A stretch of 64,000 nt of DNA from an uncultured Christensenellaceae bacterium (GCA_910585195.1 CAJUCX010000003.1:1828-65827), one strand, 5' to 3'. Counted from the first letter of the stretch, positions 8,395-18,358 are shown. The notes: a model not told the origin generated them from the letters alone. Translations and numbers: made by a program.

Positions 8395-9423
8395 ATGGAC
8401 GCAAACAAAATTATGAAATTGCCTGCTTGCGGCGGTTGTATGGCAAAATTGCCACCGGGTATGCTTAAAGACGTGGTGTCGCAAATACCGACTTTTAACG
8501 ACAAAAATCTGCTTGTGGGTTTTGACACTTCCGACGACGGCGCGGTATATAAATTAAGCGACGACATTGCAATAATACAGACGCTGGACTTTTTTACCCC
8601 TATGGTCGACGACCCTTATGTTTTCGGTAAAATTGCAGCTACAAACGCTTTGAGCGACATTTACGCTATGGGCGGAGAAGTAAAAGTTGCATTAAACATC
8701 GTATGCTTTCCTGAAGAAGACGACCCTGCAATGTTGGCGTCCATTTTGAAAGGCGGCGCTGAAAAGGTTTTGGAAGCGGGCGGCGTGCTTTGCGGCGGAC
8801 ACTCCATAAACGACAAAGAATGCAAATACGGTCTGTCGGTAACCGGCACCGTGCACCCGAACAAATATCTGCGCAACAACACCTGCAAAAAAGGCGATTT
8901 AATCGTGCTTACCAAGCCTTTGGGCGTAGGTATGATAATGGCGTCTTACCGCTACGGCGAAGTTGCGGAAGACGACTATCAAACGGCGCTTAAAAGTATG
9001 CAGACATTAAATAAATACGCCTTTGAGGCGGCAAGCAAATTTGATTTGCACGCAGGCACAGACGTAACGGGCTTCGGCTTTTTGGGGCACTTAAACGAAA
9101 TGGTAGACGACGGCTACTCTATTGCAGTAAACGGCAACGACGTAAAATACATAAAAGGCGCAATGCATTTGGCGGAAGAATTTTTAACCACCGGCGGCGG
9201 ACAAAAAAACCGCAACTTTTTGGGCGACAAAGTAAAGTTCAACAACGTACCTCGCCCTGTGCAGGAAATTTTGCTTGACCCGCAAACCAGCGGCGGTTTG
9301 CTGTTGAGCTTGCCTCCTAAGGACGCCAAAGAACTTATGAAAGTGCTTGCCGACTTTGAAATGCCGTCGTGCATAATAGGCGAAGTAACCGACAGAAAAG
9401 AAAGCAATATTATTGTTTATTGA
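8395..9423 (+). CDS. selD: Selenide, water dikinase (Cys-type)
   Basis: 342 aa. N-terminal KLPACGGCMAKLPPG, then GGHSI and DVTGFG, fitting the AIR-synthase-like SelD layout. AAGGAGG precedes the ATG. Confidence 0.93.
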   Translation: MDANKIMKLPACGGCMAKLPPGMLKDVVSQIPTFNDKNLLVGFDTSDDGAVYKLSDDIAIIQTLDFFTPMVDDPYVFGKIAATNALSDIYAMGGEVKVALNIVCFPEEDDPAMLASILKGGAEKVLEAGGVLCGGHSINDKECKYGLSVTGTVHPNKYLRNNTCKKGDLIVLTKPLGVGMIMASYRYGEVAEDDYQTALKSMQTLNKYAFEAASKFDLHAGTDVTGFGFLGHLNEMVDDGYSIAVNGNDVKYIKGAMHLAEEFLTTGGGQKNRNFLGDKVKFNNVPRPVQEILLDPQTSGGLLLSLPPKDAKELMKVLADFEMPSCIIGEVTDRKESNIIVY

Positions 9424-9483
9424 TAAATTTTTAAGTTTAACTAATTGATAATAAAGTAATATAATCCATTGTCCGTAAATTTA

Positions 9484-9528
9484 CAAACCCAAAGCCCGCC
9501 ATAACAGCTGGCTTTGGGTTTGTGTTTT
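9484..9528 (+). terminator. Terminator downstream of selD
   Basis: CAAACCCAAAGCC-13 nt-GGCTTTGGGTTTG followed by TGTTTT. A second hairpin, AAAACCGTCC-TTAC-GGACGGTTTT, lies at 9548-9571. Confidence 0.75.
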
Positions 9529-9588
9529 ATCGTTTGACTAAATAACAAAACCGTCCTTACGGACGGTTTTGTTACGACGGATTTTGAT

Positions 9589-9654
9589 TTACTTTTGCAA
9601 ATTAAAATCATTTTATTTCAATTTGCTTTTTATTTTGCAGTTGCTCGCAATTTT
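9589..9654. repeat. 66-bp perfect direct repeat, copy 1 (non-coding duplicate of the hsp20 3' end)
   Basis: Identical to 9674-9739, separated from it by 19 bp. Confidence 0.9.
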
Positions 9655-9673
9655 ATTGCTACGCTTGCTATGC

Positions 9674-9739
9674 TTACTTTTGCAAATTAAAATCATTTTA
9701 TTTCAATTTGCTTTTTATTTTGCAGTTGCTCGCAATTTT
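9674..9739. repeat. 66-bp perfect direct repeat, copy 2 (covers the last 15 codons and stop of hsp20 plus 19 bp downstream)
   Basis: Identical to 9589-9654. Confidence 0.9.
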
Positions 9740-10121
9740 TGGGGAAACTTACGTTCAAAATTCCGTTGTCGTAGCTTGCGATGATTTGCTTTTCGTCAAC
9801 GTCCCCCACGTAAAAACTGCGAGAGCACGAACCGAAACTTCTTTCTCTTCTCAAATAGTTTTTGTTTTCGTCTTTGGTTTCTTTGGCGTTGCTGCTTTGC
9901 GCCGAAACGGTAAGATAACCGTTTTCCAAAGAAAGGTTGACGTCTTTTTTGTCATAACCCGGCATATCGACTTCCAAAATATAGTTGTCGCCCTCTTCTC
10001 TGATGTCGGTTTTCATTGCGGATTTTTCTACGCCGAAAAACGGACGGAAAAAATCTTCAAAATCGCTGTCAAACCAGCCCAAGCCAAAATTGTTTTGTCT
10101 TCTCGATGGATAATACTTCAT
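9693..10121 (-). CDS. Hsp20 / alpha-crystallin family small heat-shock protein
   Basis: 142 aa. Alpha-crystallin-domain-like sequence (DIREEGDNYILEVDMPGYDKKDV...GILNVSFPK). Confidence 0.9.
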   Translation of the reverse strand: MKYYPSRRQNNFGLGWFDSDFEDFFRPFFGVEKSAMKTDIREEGDNYILEVDMPGYDKKDVNLSLENGYLTVSAQSSNAKETKDENKNYLRRERSFGSCSRSFYVGDVDEKQIIASYDNGILNVSFPKNCEQLQNKKQIEIK

Positions 10122-10327
10122 ATAAACACCTCCGTAAATTTTTTACAATTTTTTCGAACGCCGCTGCCGTTTGCAAAAGCCTGTTTAATTGCCTTCTACC
10201 TAGTTGCCGCAAAATATGTTACAGACAATGCAAGCAAAGCAACGAGTCTAATTATTTATGCCGTGTCTGCCAAGCTTTGACAAATTGCTTACGGCGTTCA
10301 ATTTGTTTCAATCTTTATTTAAGAGTG

Positions 10328-10354
10328 CTAGCACTCTCTCTGATTGATTGCTAA
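10328..10354 (-). promoter_or_regulatory. CIRCE-like inverted repeat (putative HrcA operator) upstream of hsp20
   Basis: The minus strand reads TTAGCAATC-N9-GAGTGCTAG against the consensus TTAGCACTC-N9-GAGTGCTAA, which is 2 mismatches. It lies about 207 bp upstream of the hsp20 ATG. Confidence 0.6.
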
Positions 10355-10634
10355 TATAATATACCCGCAATTTGCTTTTGTCAACACTTTTTTGAAATTT
10401 TTTACAAAAAAATTTTTTTTATACCTTAACTGCCAAAGCGTAATAACTGAACATTGACTTATTTTGCCTATTGACCGTCTTGCATTGACAGATACCGCAA
10501 ATCGGTTATTCCTTTACAAATATATAAAATTTGCATAAACAAAAAAGACGGCATAAAGCCGTCTTTAATGTTTGTTATTTTGATTGCCGATAAGCCGCAG
10601 TCAATTACGCATTATTTTGTTGCCGACTGATTTA

Positions 10635-12632
10635 TCAGAACGAATACGGTATTGAAGTTGCCGTGTTTGCAACGGTAATTATTGTAAACAACAATGCATT
10701 TATCATAGCGCCGAGCCAAATGTTGCCGGTCTTTTTGTAAAGCACGCGCGAGATGATTGTTGCAATTGCAAGCACTGCCACCATAGGGAATACTACGATA
10801 TAGCCAAGCGCCATGTCTTTTTGCCACAATACGCCGGTTGAACGGAAAGTGATGTATTGAATAAGAATTACCAACAATATACCGAATGAGTTGAAGAATG
10901 CATTTATTGCAATCGTTGCCCATTCAGGCAAGTCTTTCAAACGGAAGCCCGCATTGCCCATTGCGCTGATTGCGTAGAAGATAAAGAATACCCAACTGTA
11001 TCTGAACATTGTAGGTATCATATTGAGGTTGAATACTTTTACGTCGAGCGTCCAGATACGGAAGTCGACAGTCCAAATGCCCCAGTTGATAAATACCACT
11101 GCATACAGCAGACCCACAACCAACAATGTAAGCAAAGCAGTTTTTACAAAACTTATAAGGTCAATCTTAGCGCACCTAAACGGATTGCCGACCGCAACTT
11201 CCTCTTTGCCGAGTTTCTTTGCAAGTTTACCAACGCCGAAGTTGATTGCCCATACAACAAGCATTACAAACAATGCAAAGCCTGCGCAAACGAGCGCCCA
11301 GTTTGCAACGCTGCCCGTTGTATCCTGAGGGAAATAATCGCTAGGGCTAATCATGCCTTTGCCTGCATAAGTTGTGTAAGCCTTTCTGAATATAAACCCG
11401 CCGAACAACATTGTAGCCACGCCGCCTGCAAAATATGTAACAGTCTTTGTTATGCCGTGCAAACCGCCCTTTTTGATTGAACCCAAACCAACGTCCAAAT
11501 CGAGTTCTTCCGTTTTGCGCAAAGACGCAAAGCAAGGAAGAGTCAACAACAAAGACACTACAGGGAAGATAAGGAAGAAGAATGCCGCCAAGCCGATAAG
11601 CGAGAACATTTCTTTTACCCACCAAATTTGGTTGCCGCTGCCGATAACGCCGTTGTTTGCAGGCGTGCCGAATGCCGAATAGAAGAAGTCTACAACATAA
11701 CCTGCGCTTTCAACCGAGAAGTGGTTGAGCGGGTGAATTTCGTTTGCTTCGTAAATTACACGGAAAGGCTGACCTACTGCCGTGCCTTGTTCTACTTCTT
11801 GAATTGCACCGTTTACGTAAGGTTTGCCGAAAGTTAAATTGATTGCATTGCCTGCCGTATACGCCTTATTATTTAAGAATGACCATGCCGCTTGCGATTT
11901 GATATATTCTCTGCAAATTGTAGCATTACCTGTCTCGTCTTTGCTCGCAAAGAAGAATTCATCGTCCATTGCTTTAAGTACGCCTACAGATTTATTGCCG
12001 TAAGGATTTGGATTTAGCGCGTTTGGCACACTAGGATTATATCCTTGAATAAGACCGGCTGCAATGATATTTATTCCTTTTGCATCGGTTGACAAAACAC
12101 TGCTTGTAGTCATACCTCCCATAGAGTGCCCAGAAATACCTATGCGCGCTTTGTCGACGTACGGCAAATTGTAAAGATATTTTGCACTGTCATACATACC
12201 ACTCGTATTCATTATTGCGCCATATGGTGAACCTGCAATAACATCTTCATCAGTATTGTGTCCGTGTCCGCCGCGGTCTATTGTCAAAACGACAAATCCG
12301 CGTCTTGCAAGCTCTATTGCGTTTTGAAGTTGCAACTCTCTGTTGTTGAGATAGCCGTGCGTCAAAACAATGGCAGGTGCAGGATTTTTTTCCGTAGCGG
12401 TGTTAGGCACAAACAAAATACCGCTTGCAACTTTACCTTGCACTTTTGTTTCTGTCGGGTTGCCGTTTGCGTCATACAGCACACCGCTGTTGGTTTCGTT
12501 TCGTAAATCCGTTACAGACGACTTATAGCCCGCCGACTGTACCATAGACGCGAAGAAACTGCTTACAAGAATGACCGCCAACGCTATTGCAAGCATAAGC
12601 AGAGATTTCTTGTTCTTTCTTAAATACTCCAT
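10635..12632 (-). CDS. Membrane protein with an N-terminal alpha/beta-hydrolase domain and a polytopic C-terminal domain
   Basis: 665 aa. N-terminal TM segment, GHSMGG nucleophile elbow (GxSxG), then at least 8 hydrophobic helices. AGGAGG ribosome-binding site. Substrate unknown. Confidence 0.6.
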   Translation of the reverse strand: MEYLRKNKKSLLMLAIALAVILVSSFFASMVQSAGYKSSVTDLRNETNSGVLYDANGNPTETKVQGKVASGILFVPNTATEKNPAPAIVLTHGYLNNRELQLQNAIELARRGFVVLTIDRGGHGHNTDEDVIAGSPYGAIMNTSGMYDSAKYLYNLPYVDKARIGISGHSMGGMTTSSVLSTDAKGINIIAAGLIQGYNPSVPNALNPNPYGNKSVGVLKAMDDEFFFASKDETGNATICREYIKSQAAWSFLNNKAYTAGNAINLTFGKPYVNGAIQEVEQGTAVGQPFRVIYEANEIHPLNHFSVESAGYVVDFFYSAFGTPANNGVIGSGNQIWWVKEMFSLIGLAAFFFLIFPVVSLLLTLPCFASLRKTEELDLDVGLGSIKKGGLHGITKTVTYFAGGVATMLFGGFIFRKAYTTYAGKGMISPSDYFPQDTTGSVANWALVCAGFALFVMLVVWAINFGVGKLAKKLGKEEVAVGNPFRCAKIDLISFVKTALLTLLVVGLLYAVVFINWGIWTVDFRIWTLDVKVFNLNMIPTMFRYSWVFFIFYAISAMGNAGFRLKDLPEWATIAINAFFNSFGILLVILIQYITFRSTGVLWQKDMALGYIVVFPMVAVLAIATIISRVLYKKTGNIWLGAMINALLFTIITVANTATSIPYSF

Positions 12633-12915
12633 AAGTTTCCTCCTATAAATTATAAGTATTTATTGCCACACTTTTATCGTCAAAAGTGTAAAAAGCCTTT
12701 ACAAAAAAATTTTTCGCTAACGCTCAAAATTCTTTTTGATTTTATGAGCACTCCGTGCAATCCTGTTTTACAAAATTGAAATTTTGTAAAACAAAGCACT
12801 TTGTAAAGTAATAGGCAATAGTGAAGAAGTATTGTCATATCTTAGGTAAAAATTTATCCGCAACTATTCACTTTTAACTCTTAACTATTTGCTAAAAAGC
12901 AACTTTAATTCTTAC

Positions 12916-14400
12916 TTACCCTTTGCGGTATCTTGTCCTGCCTATTGCCTCGTCCCAACCGTCCAAAAGCTGTTTGCGGCGGTCTTGCTTCATAGACGGC
13001 TTAAAGACTTTTTCTATCTGCTTGTTGTTTTTAATGTCGTTTAAGTCCTTCCAGTAACCCGTTTGCAAACCTGCAAGATAAGCCGCGCCAAGCGCAGTGG
13101 TTTCTATAACCTTAGGCCTTACTACGTCGATGTTTAATATATCTGCCTGAAACTGCATAAGAAAGTTGTTTGCGCTTGCCCCGCCGTCAACGTTTAACGA
13201 AGTTACACCTGTGCCCAAATCTTTTTGCATTGTGTTTACTATATCGCAAACCTGATAAGCAATGCTTTCCAACGCGGCGCGTATAAAATGCTCTTTTTTG
13301 GTGCCGCGCGTCAAGCCGCAGACGGTGCCGCGCGCTTTTGCGTCCCAGTAAGGCGCGCCCAAACCGACGAAAGCCGGCACGATATAAACGCCGTTGGTGT
13401 CCTCCACCTTGGTTGCATAATTTTCCGTTTCGCTTGCCTTTCTAACCATACGCATTTCATCCCGAAGCCATTGCACTATCGCTCCGCCGACAAATACGCT
13501 GCCTTCCAAAACGTATTGAGGTTTTTCGTTTGCGCCTGCGGCAAGAGTAGTTACCAATCCTTGCGACTCGACGGGTGCGTCCCCCGTGTTCATAAGCAAA
13601 AAGCAACCCGTACCGTAAGTGTTTTTTATGTCGCCCTTTTTGGTGCAAAGCTGACCGAACAATGCCGCTTGTTGGTCGCCTGCAACGCCGCAAATAGGAA
13701 TATTGCAACCCACTATAGTACTGTCGGTATAACCGAACATACTGCTTGACGGCTGAACCTTTGGCAACATACACTTAGGGATATCAAACAACTTTAATAA
13801 ATCGTCGTCCCACTCTAAACTATGTATGTTGTAAAGCATTGTTCTCGACGCATTTGTAAAATCGGTTGCAAAAATTTTGCCCTTTGATAAATGCCACATC
13901 AAAAACGTATCTATCGTGCCGAATAAAAGTTCCCCATTTTCCGCACGCTTTCTTGCGCCGTCGACGTTGTCTAAAATCCACTTTAATTTTGTTGCGGAAA
14001 AATATGCGTCAAGCACAAGTCCCGTTTTTTGGTATATTACTTTATCTAAACCCTGTTGTTTAAGACTGTCGCAATAGTCGGCAGTGCGTCTGCACTGCCA
14101 AACGATGGCGTTGTAAATAGGCTTGCCAGTGGACTTCTCCCACACCAAAGTAGTTTCGCGCTGATTGGTAATGCCGATAGCCCCTATGTCCTCGCAAGTA
14201 ACGTCGGCTCTCGTCAATGCCTCGCCGATGACGCCTATTTGACTTGCCAAAATTTCGTGCGGGTCGTGCTCTACCCAGCCGCTTTGCGGATAAATCTGCG
14301 GAAACTCCTGCTGTGCCGAACCTACTATTTCGCCCTTTTTGTCGAACACTATCGCGCGTGAACTTGTAGTACCTTGGTCAAGAGCCAAAACGTATTTCAT
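12916..14400 (-). CDS. glpK: Glycerol kinase
   Basis: [16 protein letters not shown]-terminus with FGGY-family motifs throughout. I set the start at ATG 14400, which follows AAGGAG, rather than the longer ORF. Confidence 0.95.
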   Translation of the reverse strand: MKYVLALDQGTTSSRAIVFDKKGEIVGSAQQEFPQIYPQSGWVEHDPHEILASQIGVIGEALTRADVTCEDIGAIGITNQRETTLVWEKSTGKPIYNAIVWQCRRTADYCDSLKQQGLDKVIYQKTGLVLDAYFSATKLKWILDNVDGARKRAENGELLFGTIDTFLMWHLSKGKIFATDFTNASRTMLYNIHSLEWDDDLLKLFDIPKCMLPKVQPSSSMFGYTDSTIVGCNIPICGVAGDQQAALFGQLCTKKGDIKNTYGTGCFLLMNTGDAPVESQGLVTTLAAGANEKPQYVLEGSVFVGGAIVQWLRDEMRMVRKASETENYATKVEDTNGVYIVPAFVGLGAPYWDAKARGTVCGLTRGTKKEHFIRAALESIAYQVCDIVNTMQKDLGTGVTSLNVDGGASANNFLMQFQADILNIDVVRPKVIETTALGAAYLAGLQTGYWKDLNDIKNNKQIEKVFKPSMKQDRRKQLLDGWDEAIGRTRYRKG

Positions 14401-14414
14401 AAGTGAAACTCCTT

Positions 14415-14777
14415 TTATATCTTGCTTGCGTGTTTTGTTGCGATTATATCCGCGCCGCTGTTGCATACGTTTTTATATAAAACGTCGCCTGCCTTGACGG
14501 GCGCGGTTGCAGTTATTGACTTAATGACTTCCAGACAGTCGAAAATGCTTTCCTTAGGTATGGCTTCGCTTGTTTTTACAGACACGAGTTTTGCGTCGGA
14601 GCCCGCAACTTTGACGGAACTAGTAACCATACGCTTAGGACAGGTTACTTCATTTACGGCATATACTTTGCCCCTCGGGCAAGTGTTGCCGGTAACCTTA
14701 ATATCGTTTTTGTCGCCGTCGTCAACCGCCAAATGACAGCCAAGCGGACAACTTATGCAAATCATTTCTTTAATCAT
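14415..14777 (-). CDS. DUF1667 domain protein (accessory subunit of clostridial-type G3P dehydrogenase clusters)
   Basis: 120 aa. CISCPLGC...TGNTCPRG cysteine pattern. It overlaps the upstream gene by 4 nt. Confidence 0.8.
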   Translation of the reverse strand: MIKEMICISCPLGCHLAVDDGDKNDIKVTGNTCPRGKVYAVNEVTCPKRMVTSSVKVAGSDAKLVSVKTSEAIPKESIFDCLEVIKSITATAPVKAGDVLYKNVCNSGADIIATKHASKI

Positions 14778-16045
14778 TTTTGACCTCCCGAAAGCAGCGT
14801 AACTTCCAGCGTAGAGCCTGCTTTTACCTTTTGCACGACTTCGCTACCAAGCGCGATTGTTTCCATTTCGCCGGGGGTAACGATTTGTTTCTTTTTGCCT
14901 GCGATTTTTACTCCGTCCAAAAGCACCGCGACTTCAACCCTCTTAAAGACGTTTGCAACGCGCATCTTCAAACTTATAGGGGCAAAGTCGTCGTCTTTGT
15001 TTATTTTTTGCGGCACTACGTACCTTATGCCGTTGGTGCCCTTAACGTCTATCTGACTGTTTCGCGAAGCGCCTTTCTTTATATACTCCGCCGCGCACAG
15101 ACCTGCGTGCTCGCTTTCTTCGCTGACGTAGTCAACCAAATCGTGAACGTGCAAAACGTTGCCGCACTCGAAAATGCCGTCTACGTTTGTCATCATTTTG
15201 TCGTCCACCACCGCGCCCGAAGTAATCGGCGAAAGCGTTACGTCGGCGTAGCCTGCCAACTCGTTTTCAGGCAGCAGCCCGACGCTTAACAGCAGCGTGT
15301 CGCATTTTATCTCTTCCGCGCTTTCCATAACGGGTTTCAACTTGTCGTCCACCGCCGCTATAACCACGCCCGAAACTCTGCCGTCTTTTGCCTTTATGTC
15401 AACCACCGTGTGCGAAAATTTAAGCGGAATGTTAAAGTCGTTTAAGCATTGCACAATATTTCTGTTGAGCCCGGAAGAATACGGCATAAGCTCTACGACG
15501 GCTTTTACCTTTGCGCCCTCGAAAGTCATTCGCCTTGCCATAATAAGACCGATGTCGCCGGAGCCTAGTATGACAACTTCGCGCCCGGGCATAAGCCCGT
15601 CAACGTTGACGAGTTTTTGCGCCGTGCCTGCCGAAAATATACCGGCCGCTCTTGCGCCTGCAATGTTTATACCGCCGCGAGGTCTTTCGCGGCAACCGCA
15701 GGCAAGTATAACGGCTTTTGCCTGCACTTTCTGCAAACCGTCTTGCTCATTTACGTAGGTAACTACTTTGTCTTTATTTATATTTATGACCGTGCTGTCG
15801 AGTTTATAAGGAACATTCCTTTCTTCCACCAAATCGATATATCTTTGAGCGTACTCGGGACCTGTGAGTTCTTCCTTAAAAGTGTGCAGACCGAAACCGT
15901 TGTGTATGCACTGATTCAAAATGCCGCCGAGACTTGACTCTCTCTCCAAAATAAGCAAATCCTTTACGCCTGCGTCATAGGCTGATTTTGCAGCCGCAAG
16001 ACCGGCAGGACCGCCGCCGATGATTACCAAATCGCAAGTGTTCAT
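14774..16045 (-). CDS. FAD/NAD(P)-dependent pyridine nucleotide-disulfide oxidoreductase family protein
   Basis: Start at MNTCDLVIIGGGPAGLAAA (ATG 16045, a 4-nt overlap with the upstream stop). A second Rossmann motif is VVILGSGDIGL. Confidence 0.85.
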   Translation of the reverse strand: MNTCDLVIIGGGPAGLAAAKSAYDAGVKDLLILERESSLGGILNQCIHNGFGLHTFKEELTGPEYAQRYIDLVEERNVPYKLDSTVININKDKVVTYVNEQDGLQKVQAKAVILACGCRERPRGGINIAGARAAGIFSAGTAQKLVNVDGLMPGREVVILGSGDIGLIMARRMTFEGAKVKAVVELMPYSSGLNRNIVQCLNDFNIPLKFSHTVVDIKAKDGRVSGVVIAAVDDKLKPVMESAEEIKCDTLLLSVGLLPENELAGYADVTLSPITSGAVVDDKMMTNVDGIFECGNVLHVHDLVDYVSEESEHAGLCAAEYIKKGASRNSQIDVKGTNGIRYVVPQKINKDDDFAPISLKMRVANVFKRVEVAVLLDGVKIAGKKKQIVTPGEMETIALGSEVVQKVKAGSTLEVTLLSGGQK

Positions 16046-17466
16046 TTTGTCCTCCCCACGACAAGATTGCTGCCTTTGCCGTTTTTGGTGATTTCCGTCA
16101 TATCTTTGCCGAGTTCTCTTGCGAGAATTTCCATAACTCTCGGCGTACAGAAGCCCGCCTGACATCTGCCCATACCCGCGCGCGTGCGCCGTTTTACGCC
16201 GTCCATATCTGTCGCGCCCAAAGGTCTGTTTATCGAGTCTACGATTTCACCTTCGGTTACGTTTTCGCAACGGCAGACGATTTTTCCGTACAAGCAATTT
16301 TCTTTTATAAGTTGCTCTCTTTCGCTGTCTGACATTAACGCAAAATGCGGTATACCCTTTCTTGTTTCCGTAAACCTTTGTTTTTTATTAAATCCCAAAT
16401 TTGCAGCGATTTTGCTTGCCATATCCACTGCTATTGCAGGCGCGCTTGTAAGACCGGGGGACTCTATGCCTGCAACGTTGTAAAAGTTTTTAACGTCGCT
16501 TTCTCCTATTACAAAATCGTTTTGCGTGCAATGTGCGCGCAGTCCCGCAAATTGCGTAATTATGTTGCGTCTGTTTAGGCCAGGCACGCTTATCGACGCT
16601 TTGTCAAATGCAGTGTTAAGCCCGTCGTAAGTGGTGTCGACGTCCGACTTGTTGTCAATGTCGTCTGCTGTTGGACCCACCAAAATATTGCCGTGAGTGG
16701 TAGGCGCAACCAAAATGCCTTTGCCCATTTTGGTAGGCAGTTGAAACAGCGTAGCGTCGGTAAGACCTCCGCACTTTTTGTCGAGCAAACAATACTCGCC
16801 TTTGCGTGAAATGATTTCTAATTTGTTTTTGCTTACTAAATTGTTTATAACGTCGGCGTATACGCCTGCGCAGTTTACTACGCTTTTGGCATAAACTTTT
16901 TCGTTATTAAGCGTTACTTCAAAAACTCCGTCTTTTTGTTTTATATCGGTTACTTCCTTTTCCAGCAAAAACTCCGCACCGTTCACAAAAGCGTTTTCCG
17001 CATAAGCAACGGTCATTTCGTAAGGACTTACTATGCCGGAAGTAGATATATAAAGCGCGGCGGTAACTTCTTTGGATATATTAGGCTCCAACCGTCTTGC
17101 CTCTTCACCCGACACGATACGCAAATCTTTTACGCCGTTTTTTACGCCTTGATTTAACAAGTCTTGAAGTTTAGGCTCGTCGTCTTTATCGAAGCACAGC
17201 ACAAACGCGCCGTTTTTGCGATAAGGAAAATCCAACTGTTTTGACAGTTCTTCAAACATACCTGCGCCCAAAACGTTGTACTTTGCTTTGTTTGACCCCG
17301 TCTTTGCGTCAAACCCTGCGTGCACTATACCCGAGTTTGCTTTGCTCGTGCCCGTGGCAACGTCGTTTTCTTTTTCTGCGACGACAATTTTTGCATCGTA
17401 TCTGGCAAGTTCTCTCGCCAACGAACAACCTATCACGCCGCCTCCGATAATTAAAACGTCATACAT
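16042..17466 (-). CDS. FAD-dependent glycerol-3-phosphate dehydrogenase/oxidase with BFD-like [2Fe-2S] domain
   Basis: 474 aa. MYDVLIIGGGVIGCS dinucleotide fold, and C-terminal CRCENVTEGEI...GRCQAGFC motifs. It sits in a glpP/glpK context. Confidence 0.85.
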   Translation of the reverse strand: MYDVLIIGGGVIGCSLARELARYDAKIVVAEKENDVATGTSKANSGIVHAGFDAKTGSNKAKYNVLGAGMFEELSKQLDFPYRKNGAFVLCFDKDDEPKLQDLLNQGVKNGVKDLRIVSGEEARRLEPNISKEVTAALYISTSGIVSPYEMTVAYAENAFVNGAEFLLEKEVTDIKQKDGVFEVTLNNEKVYAKSVVNCAGVYADVINNLVSKNKLEIISRKGEYCLLDKKCGGLTDATLFQLPTKMGKGILVAPTTHGNILVGPTADDIDNKSDVDTTYDGLNTAFDKASISVPGLNRRNIITQFAGLRAHCTQNDFVIGESDVKNFYNVAGIESPGLTSAPAIAVDMASKIAANLGFNKKQRFTETRKGIPHFALMSDSEREQLIKENCLYGKIVCRCENVTEGEIVDSINRPLGATDMDGVKRRTRAGMGRCQAGFCTPRVMEILARELGKDMTEITKNGKGSNLVVGRTK

Positions 17467-17596
17467 AAAAACGCCCCTTTGTTAAAAAATTGACCAATAA
17501 AAAAGCCGCACTTCGGGCAAACGCTTTTGACGCCCATCCATATTGCGACTCCGAAACCCTTACAATATCAATGACTTTATATCGGTTATATTTATA

Positions 17597-17624
17597 GTAT
17601 ATTGTCGAAAAATGCTAATGTCAA
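17597..17624 (-). promoter_or_regulatory. Sigma-A-type promoter for the G3P dehydrogenase-glpK operon
   Basis: The minus strand reads TTGACA-17 nt-TATACT, leaving a leader of about 120 nt before the ATG at 17466. This leader is a candidate GlpP target. Confidence 0.5.
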
Positions 17625-17726
17625 TACCGATTTGTAAATTTGTATTATTATTTTTTCAAAATAATACAATTTTTTGTAAAAACAGCAACTTTATTTACAA
17701 CTTTTTAATTTTTCTTCGGCAAATTA

Positions 17727-17752
17727 TAAAAAAACAACGGTTTATAACCGTT
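17727..17752 (-). terminator. Terminator after glpP
   Basis: The minus strand reads CAACGGTT-ATA-AACCGTTG followed by T7. Confidence 0.75.
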
Positions 17753-17797
17753 GCCGTAAAAATATATGACTTTATAAAAAACATAAAAACAGATATA

Positions 17798-18358
17798 TTA
17801 AAAATTCCAAAGTTCTTCGTCGCTTGTAGAACAGCAAATCGCGCCTGCGTTTATTGCCTCGTCTATATGCCTGCGGCAATTTATAAGTCCGCCGGTTATG
17901 ACTTGAGCGTCGGCTTCTTCTCTGAAAGTTTTGACCAAGTCGGGTATTATGCCCGGCAAAATTTCCACCGCGTCGGCTTTGTTCTTTATGGTGTTGGATA
18001 AAGAAACTTCCACCGAGTGCGAGTCTATCAAAAATACGCGAAACACGCAAAACATTCCGTATTGTTTGGCGACTTTAATTACGTTGTTTTTTGTGGAAAT
18101 TATTCCGTCGGGTTTAATTATTTCCGCGGCGTATTTTACCGCCGCCTCGTCGTTTGATAAGCCCTCCGTCAAGTCAAAATGCAAAAAGGCTTTTTTGCCG
18201 TGGCTGTGGCAATAGTCTACCATTTCTTTGGCGGAAGACAAATCGCTTTTAAGCAAAAACACGACTGACGCATTTGACTTTACCGCGCGTTGAAGTTGAC
18301 TTTCCTCCTTAACCGCAGGTATCACTTCCGAACGGCGCAACTCTTCGATAAGATTCAT
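17798..18358 (-). CDS. glpP: Glycerol-3-phosphate responsive antiterminator
   Basis: 186 aa, collinear with the B. subtilis GlpP pattern (IPAVK..., IKPDGIISTKNNVIKVAKQ, VEILPGIIP, ITGGLI, LW at the C-terminus). Confidence 0.85.
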   Translation of the reverse strand: MNLIEELRRSEVIPAVKEESQLQRAVKSNASVVFLLKSDLSSAKEMVDYCHSHGKKAFLHFDLTEGLSNDEAAVKYAAEIIKPDGIISTKNNVIKVAKQYGMFCVFRVFLIDSHSVEVSLSNTIKNKADAVEILPGIIPDLVKTFREEADAQVITGGLINCRRHIDEAINAGAICCSTSDEELWNF

